NCBI GenBank assembly: GCA_005889535.1
Contig: VBHC01000111.1
Location: forward strand, 6,060-70,059
Length of the DNA: 64,000 bases
Source: Chloroflexota bacterium
Lineage (GTDB): Bacteria > Chloroflexota > Dormibacteria > CF-121
Reading direction: 5' to 3'
Shown: positions 21,231-30,018 of the stretch, piece by piece
How positions within the stretch are numbered: the stretch's first letter is position 1
Layout of the letters: every line of letters starts with the position of its first letter
Program-made: the position numbers and the translations under genes
The notes under the pieces: generated by a model
What the model saw: only the letters and a program-made list of their open reading frames with translations
Database searches by the model: none
Told to the model about the DNA's origin: nothing

Positions 21231-22490
21231 CTAACGGCGGGCGAACAGACCCTTGCGGGGTTTTTTCTCGGCCGTCTCCGGCTCGGCGGCAGGCGCCGAG
21301 GGCAGCAGCTTGGCGACCAGCTCGCGGATCCGCTGGCTGATTTCCGACTCGGGGTGAGTGGTCACGAACGGATTGCCCCGGTTGATGGAGTTGATCACGA
21401 GCTTCGGATCGTTCGGGATCTGGCCGGCGATCGGGAAGCGCAGGTTCGCCTCCACACTCTCCTTGTTGAACTCCGAGTGCGCGTCGGACTTGTTCAGGAG
21501 GAGAACGACGCGGTCGGGTGAAATCGACAGAGAGTCGAAAATTTTGAGGGCCAGCTTGGTGTTCTTGATCGCCGGAATGCTGAGCGAGGTGACGACCACC
21601 ACCCGATCGGCGTGGTCCAGGACCTCCAGGTTGATCTCACCCAGATGGGCGCTGCTGTCGACGATGATGTAGTCGAACATCTTGCGGAGCTCGCTGAAAA
21701 TGCGGCGCACGTGGTCGACGGTGACCAGGTCCGCCAGCTCCGGGCTGATCGGGGTCAGCAGCACCTTGATGCCGTAGGGGCCGTCGACCATGATCTCCCG
21801 GATGAAGTCCGGATCCATGTGGTCGATGTTTTCGATCAGGTCGGTAATGCCCTGGGAGTGGTCGAGGTTCAGCAGTACGCCGATGTCGCCGAACTGCAGG
21901 TCGAGATCGACCAGGGCGACCTTCCCCTTGGTCTCGTTCGCCATGGAGACGGCCAGGTTGGCCGCGATCAGGGACTTGCCCACGCCGCCTTTGCCGGAAT
22001 AGAAGAAGAAGACCTGTCCATGCTCCCCGCGGCGCGAGGATTGGCCGTCGGCGGGGGCCGCTGGCGCGGCGGCCGTTGTGCCGGTCGATTTGGCGAGGAA
22101 GGATTCCTTCTTCTGTTCGAGCTGGTAGACGCGCCGGATACTGGCGATCAGCTCGTCGCCCGAGAAGGGCTTGATCAGGAACTCGCGGGCCCCCGACTGC
22201 ATAGCCCGCCGCAGGTAGTCCCGCTCGCCCTGGACCGACATGATGATGACCGGGGACCCGGGCGCCTCCTGGGCCAGCATCTCGGTCGCCTGGATGCCGT
22301 CCATGATCGGCATGTTGACGTCCATCAGGACGAGGTCCGGGGCGACCTTCTTCGCCTGCTCGACGCCCTCCTTGCCATTGACGGCGGTGGCGACGACCTG
22401 GATGTCGGGCTCGAAGGAGAGCAGCTTCTGGAGATTGTCCAGCGTGCTGGGGATGTCGTCCACGATCAGGACTTTGATTGGCTCGCTCAT
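21231..22490 (-). CDS. cpaE: Flp pilus assembly protein CpaE/TadZ (receiver domain + MinD/ParA-like ATPase)
   Basis: The N-terminal CheY-like receiver looks intact (DD, phospho-Asp in LVLMDVNMP, Ser/Thr, Lys in IKPF). The C-terminal half has a deviant Walker A GKGGVGKS. Confidence 0.8.
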   Translation of the reverse strand: MSEPIKVLIVDDIPSTLDNLQKLLSFEPDIQVVATAVNGKEGVEQAKKVAPDLVLMDVNMPIMDGIQATEMLAQEAPGSPVIIMSVQGERDYLRRAMQSGAREFLIKPFSGDELIASIRRVYQLEQKKESFLAKSTGTTAAAPAAPADGQSSRRGEHGQVFFFYSGKGGVGKSLIAANLAVSMANETKGKVALVDLDLQFGDIGVLLNLDHSQGITDLIENIDHMDPDFIREIMVDGPYGIKVLLTPISPELADLVTVDHVRRIFSELRKMFDYIIVDSSAHLGEINLEVLDHADRVVVVTSLSIPAIKNTKLALKIFDSLSISPDRVVLLLNKSDAHSEFNKESVEANLRFPIAGQIPNDPKLVINSINRGNPFVTTHPESEISQRIRELVAKLLPSAPAAEPETAEKKPRKGLFARR

Positions 22491-22571
22491 CTGGTCATCT
22501 CGTTAAAGAAGGCACCCCGCGAAATCTTCCGATTTCGCGGGGAGCCTGTCAACGTTTTTTTCTTGGCCGGT

Positions 22572-23330
22572 CTACTTGACGTGGTAGGTGTTGTTGAAGG
22601 TGTCGATATCCGTGATGCCGGTTGGCACCTCGGGCACCGGGTAGTCCTGAACCGACCGGAGCACGAACTTGTAGTTGGTGTTGTCAAGCAACCATTTGAG
22701 GTCCTGAGCCTGCTGCAGCGTGACGATCACCGTGAGGCTCGAGGTGATGCCACGGGCGTTGGCGCCGCCGGCCGGCCCAACCCGGATGATCTGAAGGTTG
22801 GTAAAGGTCGTCTGCGTCTTCGTCTTCTGCTTCGCGTCCGCCGGGTTCGGGTTATAGCTGACGATGATGTCGATCCGGTCGTCGGGCTGGATGTTGCCAC
22901 CGATCCCGACCAGTTCGCCGGTTGGGATCTGCATCGCCACCATCCCCTTGGGGATGGGCAGGAAGGCCTGCTTGGCCGGCTGCACGCCGCTGGCGTCGCT
23001 CACCAGGTCATAGTCGATGATCGCCGAGTCCTTATGGATCGGAATCGCGGCAAACTTGCCGACCACGACCTCCTTGGTCCGGTAGGCAAACGGCGGTGCC
23101 TGCTCGGTCGAGTATTGCGCGATGGTCACCATGTCGGCCGTGATCTGGGTCGACGCCGGGATGTCTTTGGTCGCCACCACGGCGGGGATGTTCCTCGGGC
23201 CGGTGACCAGCGAGTTAGCGCCGCCCCCCGTCCGGCCCACCAGCAAAGCCCCTCCAAACGCCACAATGGCGAGGAAAAACCCGAAGATCAAGAGGATGCG
23301 GTTGCTCTTCGGCTTTACCTCAGTCGCCAA
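22572..23330 (-). CDS. cpaB: Flp pilus assembly protein CpaB/RcpC (SAF domain)
   Basis: N-terminal TM anchor and SAF/RcpC-like domains. TTG start at 23328..23330 with an upstream AGGAGG. Confidence 0.7.
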   Translation of the reverse strand: MATEVKPKSNRILLIFGFFLAIVAFGGALLVGRTGGGANSLVTGPRNIPAVVATKDIPASTQITADMVTIAQYSTEQAPPFAYRTKEVVVGKFAAIPIHKDSAIIDYDLVSDASGVQPAKQAFLPIPKGMVAMQIPTGELVGIGGNIQPDDRIDIIVSYNPNPADAKQKTKTQTTFTNLQIIRVGPAGGANARGITSSLTVIVTLQQAQDLKWLLDNTNYKFVLRSVQDYPVPEVPTGITDIDTFNNTYHVK

Positions 23331-23446
23331 TCAACTCACCTCCTGATATTCGGCGCCAGCGCTTGTCGGCGTGACGCTCCTTCGCGTCATGTATCTATGA
23401 GTCAGCGGTCTTCCTTGCGCAAGCTGATGATTCGTGACCAGCGGGG

Positions 23447-23484
23447 CCAAAAAACGAAGAGAGCCTGCTTGCGCAGGCTCTCTC
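23447..23484 (-). terminator. intrinsic terminator downstream of the flp pilin gene
   Basis: 11-bp perfect stem (agagagcctgc/gcaggctctct, loop ttgc at 23458..23483) followed on the minus strand by UCGUUUUUUGG. Confidence 0.7.
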
Positions 23485-23501
23485 TTGTTGCTCCCAAGAG
23501 C

Positions 23502-23691
23502 GTTGGGTGCGTTACTGGCCGAGACCGCCCGAGATGTTGCAGAACACGTTCTTGACCTGGTTGCCGAGCACGATCAGAACTACGATCACGACCACCGCGA
23601 TCAAGACGAGAATGAGGGCGTACTCTACCATACCCTGCCCTTCCTCACGGTTGAGCAGCTCACGGAGGCGCAGATAAAGGTTGGTCAACAT
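23502..23691 (-). CDS. flp: Flp/Fap type IVb pilin precursor (59 aa; absent from ORF track)
   Basis: Translated by hand: MLTNLYLRLRELLNREEGQGMVEYALILVLIAVVVIVVLIVLGNQVKNVFCNISGGLGQ*. This is a Flp prepilin with a G/xxxEY processing motif and a hydrophobic helix. AGGAGGTGA sits 6 nt before the ATG. Confidence 0.8.
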
Positions 23692-23830
23692 GCTAATTCA
23701 CCTCCTTTTGAAGTGGATCGACCACAGTCTCACACTCAGTGGCGTACGGATCAACGCACGCTCCGCCGAAGAACGGCGAAAGACTTTTGACGAGTCCGTA
23801 ACGGCGAGCGCGTTCCCTTGCGAAAACAGT
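23692..23830 (-). promoter_or_regulatory. flp pilin upstream region (RBS + probable promoter)
   Basis: Strong Shine-Dalgarno AGGAGG. The stretch upstream has locally lower GC. No clean -35/-10 assignable. Confidence 0.3.
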
Positions 23831-24017
23831 TACACGGTGACTTGAGCGGCCGGTTGCGTCGCCGCCGGTGTCCTCCAGCGTGCCCGTCGCGGCGACAGGA
23901 GTCGCACGCTCCGGTTGCACTTTTCCGGACGCGCCGCCGCCCGGCCGACGCTAAAGCTGCGCGCTTCGCGCGCGTGCCGGTCCGTGCCAAGGCCGGCCCG
24001 GCGCTTTCTTAGTGGTA

Positions 24018-25103
24018 CTAGCGCTTGGCGAGAGGGATTTCGACTTTGACTTCGGTGCCCCGCCCGGGTTGGGAGCGGATCTCGAGGGTCCCCTTTTCCA
24101 GCTCGGCGCGTTCGCGCATCGAGAGCAGGCCCAGGTTCTTGTTCTTGTGGAGGTTTGCCTCCGTGCGGGCGACATCGAACCCCTGGCCGTCGTCCTTGAC
24201 GACCACCGAGACCCGGGACGGCTGCAGGTTCATGGTGACCTCCGCCATCTTTGCCCGGGCGTGCTTGTGCACGTTGGTCAGGGCTTCCTGCACGATACGG
24301 AACAGGACGCCCTCGGTGTTGCCCAGCAGCCGGCGCTCCTGCCCCACCACGTTGAAGCGGGTCGCCAGGCCGTAGCGGTCGCCGTATTCCTTGATGAACT
24401 TGCGCAGCGTGGGGACCAACCCGAGGTCGTCGAGCGTCATCGGCCGGAGGTCGAAGATCAGTTGGCGGGTCTCCTCCAGCGCATTGCGGACGCTGTTCTT
24501 GAACTCGGCCAGCTCCGTTACCAATTGCTTGGGATTGCGGTCGAGCAACCGCTCCAGGATCTCCGCCTGCAGCACCAGGTTGGCCATCGACTGCGCGGGA
24601 CCGTCGTGCATGTCGCGGGCGATGCGCATCCGTTCCTCTTCGATGATCTGAAACACCTGCCGGGAGGCGTCACGGAACTGCTTGTCGCCATCGGCCGGGG
24701 GCTGATGGGCGCCATTTTCTCCGTACATCCGCTGCAGGTCGGCCAGGATCTGACTGGCCGAACGCAGGAACTGGCCCTGGTCCTTGAGCTCGGCGCGGCG
24801 GCTGGCAAGCGCCTCGTACTCGATCTGCACCCGTTCCACGCTGAGCTGTGTTTCCCGAATGTTGCCGAACGTCTCCTGGACCTCCGACGGCGAGAACTGC
24901 TTGAGGTTGTTGAGCAGGTGCTTTTCGACGACTCGGGACTCCTCGGCCAGATCGCGGACTCGCTCGAGGGATGCCTCCAGGTCGCGCGACTTCTGCTCGG
25001 CCGTCTCGAGTTCGGCCTCGACCGTCTGCAGGCGAGCCGTGACCGATTGGTGAATCAACACGAATGGATCGAAAATCTCATCCGTGGCCTGGATCGCACT
25101 CAT
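24018..25103 (-). CDS. cytoplasmic sensor histidine kinase, DegS-like (coiled-coil N-terminus, HisKA_3 + HATPase_c)
   Basis: No TM segments. Coiled-coil N-terminal half, H-box RIARDMHDGPAQ and ATPase N/G boxes (VQEALTNVHKHA, DDGQGF, GLLSMRERA). No cognate NarL-type regulator is adjacent. Confidence 0.8.
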   Translation of the reverse strand: MSAIQATDEIFDPFVLIHQSVTARLQTVEAELETAEQKSRDLEASLERVRDLAEESRVVEKHLLNNLKQFSPSEVQETFGNIRETQLSVERVQIEYEALASRRAELKDQGQFLRSASQILADLQRMYGENGAHQPPADGDKQFRDASRQVFQIIEEERMRIARDMHDGPAQSMANLVLQAEILERLLDRNPKQLVTELAEFKNSVRNALEETRQLIFDLRPMTLDDLGLVPTLRKFIKEYGDRYGLATRFNVVGQERRLLGNTEGVLFRIVQEALTNVHKHARAKMAEVTMNLQPSRVSVVVKDDGQGFDVARTEANLHKNKNLGLLSMRERAELEKGTLEIRSQPGRGTEVKVEIPLAKR

Positions 25104-25204
25104 ATAGGACTAGGGAAACGGCCCCCGCTCCCGGCTGGAGCCCCCGTTTGGCGGCCCAATGATAGCAGGAAAATCGATGAATTCACGCTGAATCTCCGTA
25201 GCAG

Positions 25205-25870
25205 ATGAGCGAACGGGCGTCCTTCATCCTCGGACGGGCGCTACCGCTGGGAGTCTTTGGCTTCCTGGTGGCGATCCAGGCCGAGCTCGCCTACTCCGGG
25301 ATCGAGCGCGCCGTCAGCGGCGAGCTGGACCGTGCCGAAGCCATGTATCTGCTCAACCGTGTCCTGACGGTGGCCTTCTTCGCCTTCCTGCTCGGGATCT
25401 ACGCCGTGCGCAGCAAGGCGATCGCCCACGATCACAATCCGCTCGCCATCGCGGTCGCGCTGATCGGCAGCTTCATCCTCTATGGCATCTTCTTGATCCC
25501 GGGCCAGCTGCGCAGCACCGACGTCTGGGTGCTCGCCTTGAGTGATATCTGCCTGGCCTGCGGCATGGTCCTCGCCCTCTACTCCCTGAGCTATCTCCGA
25601 AACCGCTTCAGCATCGTGCCCGAGGCCCGCGGACTGGTGACCAGCGGCCCCTACCGGTTCGTGCGCCACCCGATCTATCTGGGGGAGATCATCGCCGGCT
25701 TTGGCCTGGTGACGCCGACCCTCTTCAGTCTGCACGCGCTGGTCCTCGCCATTTTTGTGGCTGCCCAATTGTGTCGGACGTACTACGAGGAGCGAATGCT
25801 GCAGAGGGTGTATCCCACCTACGAGGGCTACGCCAGGCGGACCCGCCGGCTCATTCCCTTCCTCGTCTAG
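25205..25870 (+). CDS. ICMT/PEMT-family membrane methyltransferase
   Basis: Five to six TM segments and the C-terminal motif GPYRFVRHPIYLGEIIAGFG...YEERML typical of isoprenylcysteine carboxyl / phospholipid methyltransferases. Confidence 0.65.
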   Translation: MSERASFILGRALPLGVFGFLVAIQAELAYSGIERAVSGELDRAEAMYLLNRVLTVAFFAFLLGIYAVRSKAIAHDHNPLAIAVALIGSFILYGIFLIPGQLRSTDVWVLALSDICLACGMVLALYSLSYLRNRFSIVPEARGLVTSGPYRFVRHPIYLGEIIAGFGLVTPTLFSLHALVLAIFVAAQLCRTYYEERMLQRVYPTYEGYARRTRRLIPFLV

Positions 25871-25874
25871 TAGA

Positions 25875-27464
25875 TTGGCAAGCCTGGCCCGCTCCTCAGT
25901 TCCGTCCTCGCTCGAGCCAGAGGCTGACCGCTGGCTCGCCCGAGCCGTGCGCTGGCTCGACCTGCCGCATTTCTTCACCATCGCCATCTTCGTGACGATG
26001 CTGATCGCCGCCATCCAACCGGTCACCGACCCGGACTTCTGGTGGCACATCACCACCGGAAACTGGATCCTCAGCCACCACGCCGTACCGCACCAGGACC
26101 TGTACACCTTTACCGTTCCCGACCATCGCTGGATCACCCACGAGTGGCTGAGCGAAGTCGTGCTCGCGGTGCTCTATGCCGTTGGACGGCTGCCCCTGGT
26201 CAGCCTGACGCTGGGCGCCGTAACCGCCGCCGGATTCCTGCTGGTCTACCTCGCCATCGATCGCCGGGTCAACTTCGTGATCGCCGGACTCGCCCTGGCC
26301 CTCGGGGTGGCGGCAGCCAATCCCATCTGGGGACCGCGCATCCAGATGATCACTTTCGCGCTCAGCGCGCTGACTTACCTGTGGGTCAAGCGGTTTTGCG
26401 AAGGCAACAGCCGCGCGCTCTATTTCCTGCCCGCCGTCATGCTCGTCTGGGTTAACCTCCACGCCGGGTTTGTCCTCGGCTACGCGATCCTCGGCGTTGC
26501 CCTGGTGGTGGAGGGGCTGCGCTACCTGCTCCGGCGTCCGGGGTCAATGCCCCTCCCCCGATTGCGGGCCATGACGTTGGTGCTTGCGGCCTCGATCGGC
26601 GTCGCCATCCTCAACCCGAACGGCTGGGATATCTATCTCTATCCCTTCCAGACCGGGGGCAGCCCCGAACAGCAGCGGCTCATCGTCGAATGGTTCTCGC
26701 CCAACTTCCAGATGTCGCAGATCTGGGCCTTCGAGGCGATGATCTTCCTGATCATCGGCGGGCTCGCCCTGTCGCGCCGCATCGAGCCCCGCCAGTTCCT
26801 GCTGCTCCTGATCGGGCTTGGCCTCGCTCTGCACTCCGTGCGCAACCTTTCGCTGTTCATGCTCGTCGCGGTCCCCGCCCTGGCCGACTATGCCCAGCAG
26901 GCGCGCGAGCGCCTTCCCTGGCGGTGGCCGCTGCGGGTGCCGAAGACCACGCCGGTCACCTTCGTCGCCAACGTCGCCATGGTGCTGGCGCTGGTCGCGC
27001 TCGTGGCGCTGGCCAGCGTGCCCAGCGCGCTACAGCGCGTCGACGGGAAGCTGGTCGCCCGGGACTTCCCCATCAAGGCCGCGGATTTCCTCGTCCAGCA
27101 CCCGGCCCCGGGCCGCATGTTGAATGCCTACGGGTGGGGCGGCTACCTGATCTTCCGCTTATACGGTCGCGAGCCGGCGGAGCCGGTCTTCATCTTCGGT
27201 GACGCGGCGCTCTCCGGCGACGCGTTGCTGCGTGACTACGATCACCTGCAGTCACTGGGTTCGGACCAGGCCCAGTTGTTCGAGCATTACCGCATCAACT
27301 GGGTGATCTTCCACACCAGTGACCCGATCATTACCGGTCTGCGCCAGGACCACAACGCGCCCGGCCATGTCGGGTGGTTCGAGCTGCGCACCTTCGACAA
27401 GGCGACGATCATGATGCGCGACACCCCCGACAATCGCTCATACGCCGCCCGGGCAGCGACGTGA
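25875..27464 (+). CDS. polytopic GT-C-like membrane protein, family B (DPDxWWH motif), copy 1
   Basis: About 11-13 TM segments with a C-terminal soluble domain. Paralog of 39998..41569 (DPDFWWHITTGNWIL vs DPDLWWHLANGRLMV; C-terminal NAYGWGGYLIFRLY vs NYYDYGGYLLWRLY). Start uncertain; the TTG at 25875 lies just after the upstream stop. Confidence 0.5.
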   Translation: MASLARSSVPSSLEPEADRWLARAVRWLDLPHFFTIAIFVTMLIAAIQPVTDPDFWWHITTGNWILSHHAVPHQDLYTFTVPDHRWITHEWLSEVVLAVLYAVGRLPLVSLTLGAVTAAGFLLVYLAIDRRVNFVIAGLALALGVAAANPIWGPRIQMITFALSALTYLWVKRFCEGNSRALYFLPAVMLVWVNLHAGFVLGYAILGVALVVEGLRYLLRRPGSMPLPRLRAMTLVLAASIGVAILNPNGWDIYLYPFQTGGSPEQQRLIVEWFSPNFQMSQIWAFEAMIFLIIGGLALSRRIEPRQFLLLLIGLGLALHSVRNLSLFMLVAVPALADYAQQARERLPWRWPLRVPKTTPVTFVANVAMVLALVALVALASVPSALQRVDGKLVARDFPIKAADFLVQHPAPGRMLNAYGWGGYLIFRLYGREPAEPVFIFGDAALSGDALLRDYDHLQSLGSDQAQLFEHYRINWVIFHTSDPIITGLRQDHNAPGHVGWFELRTFDKATIMMRDTPDNRSYAARAAT

Positions 27465-28672
27465 GTGGTGCCGGCCGCCGGCGGCTGCGCCAGCGGCTGC
27501 TGATCGTCTTCCTCGTCGCGATGACGATCCCGTATGTCCGCCAGCTGGCGAGCTCACCGACCGTGGGACAGGACTTCCGGGCCTTCTTCGCGGCGGCCAC
27601 CGTCGTCGCGCACCACGGTGATCCCTACGATTGGCCCTCGCTGGCGCGCGTCGAGGCTCAACTCTACGATGCCCCGCGGCAGCTCGAGCCGGGCGACCCG
27701 GCCTTCTATGAGTTTCTCGCGTATCCGGAAGGTCCCTGGCTCGCCTTCGCCCTCGTCCCGTTGACCTCACTGCCGTGGCAGGTCGCGGACGCGATCTACA
27801 CCACTCTTCTGTTGCTGGTGCTGGTCGCCGCTTCGTTCACGGTTTTCGCCGTGCTGGGCTGGCGGCCCAGACGAGCCTGGCTCGGTGCCGCCTGCGCCGC
27901 CCTGTCCGCGGTCGGGTTCATCAATCTCTTCATGGGCCAGGTCTCGGTCATCGTGTTCGGCGCCTTTGTCGCGGCCTGGTACCTGGCCGGCCGCGGCCAC
28001 GGCTGGTGGGCCGGCCTGGCGCTGGTGCTGATCTGGCTGAAGCCCAACATCGGCCTTCCGCTGCCGCTGGTCATCGTTTTGCTCGAGCCGTCGATGGCGC
28101 GCCGCGTCGTCGGGGGCTTCCTCGCCGCCTCGGCGGTCGCCTTCGGCGCCGCGACCGTCGTGCTTCACGCCGGCTTTGTGGAGTGGCCGCTGCAGATCCC
28201 GCGCATGTGGCAGGCGGTGCAGGGCATCCAGCCGGATATCGCCTCCATCGAGAGTTTTTTCTACCCTGGCCTGCACGGCTGGCCAAAGCTGGCGGCCCTG
28301 CTGCTGACCATGGCCGCCGCCACCGGCTATGCCGGATGGGCGCTGCGGCGTGCTTCCGACCCACAGACCCGCGGGCTCACGCTGTTGCTCGTCTGGCTAG
28401 CCGCGCTCCCCTTCGTCCAGTCGTACGACATGATCTTGCTGCTGCCGCTGGTGGTGGTGCTGCTCGGCCCGCGGCTCGAGGGCTGGGCCGACCCGCTGGT
28501 CGAGGTCACGATCTGGGCCTTTTTGATCTTTCCCCTCTGTTATTTCCTGGGGCTCCGCCTGGGGTACTTCAACGGCTTCACCGCGATCCCGGTCACCCTG
28601 CTGTTGCTCGCGTGGCACCGTCGACGCATCGCCCGGGCTCCGGCCCAGCTCGCCCCGGCGGTGGCCGCATGA
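27461..28672 (+). CDS. GT87/DUF2029-like GT-C glycosyltransferase, copy 2
   Basis: The GTG start overlaps the upstream stop (GTGA). Motifs VGQDFRAFFAAATVVAHHGDPYD and WLKPNIGLPLPLV. Confidence 0.55.
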   Translation: MSGAGRRRLRQRLLIVFLVAMTIPYVRQLASSPTVGQDFRAFFAAATVVAHHGDPYDWPSLARVEAQLYDAPRQLEPGDPAFYEFLAYPEGPWLAFALVPLTSLPWQVADAIYTTLLLLVLVAASFTVFAVLGWRPRRAWLGAACAALSAVGFINLFMGQVSVIVFGAFVAAWYLAGRGHGWWAGLALVLIWLKPNIGLPLPLVIVLLEPSMARRVVGGFLAASAVAFGAATVVLHAGFVEWPLQIPRMWQAVQGIQPDIASIESFFYPGLHGWPKLAALLLTMAAATGYAGWALRRASDPQTRGLTLLLVWLAALPFVQSYDMILLLPLVVVLLGPRLEGWADPLVEVTIWAFLIFPLCYFLGLRLGYFNGFTAIPVTLLLLAWHRRRIARAPAQLAPAVAA

Positions 28673-30018
28673 GCGTACGCACCTGGTATGGCATCCGCCG
28701 GCTGTACGAGCCTCGATTCCGGGAGCGCATCCTTTTGCTGCTGGTCGTCATCGCCGCCGCCTACTACGCCGTCTGGTCGATCGCGCAGTGGGTCGGCCTG
28801 ACGCCCGCCGCGTTGCGCTTCGACTTCGTCAATTACTTCGGCGGCGCCCAGGCAGCGGCGCACGGCGGCGACATCTACGGCGATTTCAAGCGCTCCTGGG
28901 GCACCGAAGCCTGGGTGGTCGCGTACATCTATCCTCCCTTCTTCGCGGAGCTGCTCGCGCCCCTGACTCCGCTCGGACTTTTGACCGCGGCTCGGATCTG
29001 GCTGATCGCCGTGCACGGCGCATTCCTCGGATCGCTGGCGCTGATACTTCGCATCCATCCCGAGCTCTCCCGCACCGGCCGCCGCCTGCTGCTGCTGGCA
29101 GCGTTCGGCTTCATGCCGGTCTATCTCAACCTGAAGTTCCAGCAGGTGGCCACGGTGTGGCTGCTGCTCGTCACCATCACGCTGTGGGCCGCCCTGCGGC
29201 GCCGGGATGGGATTGCCGGAATCTTCATCGCGCTGGCCGCATCGCTCAAGGTCACGCCGATCTTTTTGATTCCGCTCTTCGCCCGGCTGGGCCGTCTCCG
29301 CCTGGCGGCCATCGGCGCTGCGGCGCTGGTGGCGCTGACGGCAACCACGATGCTGGCCTCACCCGGCAGCTGGCAATTCTTCACGGTCGTGCTCCCGCGG
29401 ATCGGCTTGGGCACGGCCAACTGGGACAACGGTTCGATCGATGGGCTCGTCAGCCGGATCGTGCAGCTCTCGCCGAACCTATTGGGAAGCATGACCCAGA
29501 GTGCGGCCAAGGTCGTGATCGCGCTGGCCGCCGTTGTCGTTATCGGCGTCACGATCTGGCAGGCCCGGGGCGTCGCCCCACGCGAGCCGCGCTTCAGTGC
29601 GATGCGAGCGTTTGAGACGTCGTCAGCGGACGCTCGATGGACGCTCCGGCTCAGCGTGGCCGCGCTGATGACCTCGTTGCTGATCGCCAGCAGCGTGACC
29701 TGGCAGCACCACCTCGTCACCTTGCTCCTCCCGGTGGCGACCGCGGTCGCCTGGATCACGGTCCGGCGGCCCGGCCATCGATACGGGTGGTGGTTGTTCG
29801 CCGGTTACGCGATGTGCTGGCTCGACCGGCGCGCCTTTCCGTTGCCGGCCGACCTGCAGGTGCACGGCGCCGGCCAGGCCGTGCTGGTGCTGGCCGGAAC
29901 ATCGGTCAAACTCCTCGGTCTGCTGTTGCTGTGGACGCTGCTGCTGCAGATGTTGCGACGAGAGCGGTCCGGCGCGGTCATGCAGCCTGCGCGACCCGCG
30001 GCGGGCGCCGCCGCCTGA
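28669..30018 (+). CDS. GT87/DUF2029-like GT-C glycosyltransferase, copy 3
   Basis: The ATG overlaps the upstream stop (ATGA). Motifs LRFDFVNYFGGAQAAAHGGDIYG and AASLKVTPIFLIPLF. The ORF-track 747-aa ORF is a frame run-on through the previous gene. Confidence 0.6.
   Translation: MSVRTWYGIRRLYEPRFRERILLLLVVIAAAYYAVWSIAQWVGLTPAALRFDFVNYFGGAQAAAHGGDIYGDFKRSWGTEAWVVAYIYPPFFAELLAPLTPLGLLTAARIWLIAVHGAFLGSLALILRIHPELSRTGRRLLLLAAFGFMPVYLNLKFQQVATVWLLLVTITLWAALRRRDGIAGIFIALAASLKVTPIFLIPLFARLGRLRLAAIGAAALVALTATTMLASPGSWQFFTVVLPRIGLGTANWDNGSIDGLVSRIVQLSPNLLGSMTQSAAKVVIALAAVVVIGVTIWQARGVAPREPRFSAMRAFETSSADARWTLRLSVAALMTSLLIASSVTWQHHLVTLLLPVATAVAWITVRRPGHRYGWWLFAGYAMCWLDRRAFPLPADLQVHGAGQAVLVLAGTSVKLLGLLLLWTLLLQMLRRERSGAVMQPARPAAGAAA

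Noticed and set aside
23434-23790. 118-aa plus-strand ORF over the flp region
   Set aside because: The minus strand encodes a canonical Flp pilin with a Shine-Dalgarno sequence and a terminator. The plus-strand ORF has no features.
23841-23998. GC-rich inverted repeats downstream of the histidine-kinase gene
   Set aside because: Several imperfect GC hairpins are present (e.g. gcgcgcttcgcgcgc), but none is followed by a convincing U-tract. Hairpins like these are expected by chance at this GC content, so no terminator is called.
27775-30018. 747-aa ORF suggesting a fused giant membrane protein
   Set aside because: It is an out-of-frame run-through of the preceding gene joined to the true 449-aa gene that starts at the ATG at 28669 (ATGA overlap). 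Paralog alignment supports two separate ~400-450-aa genes.
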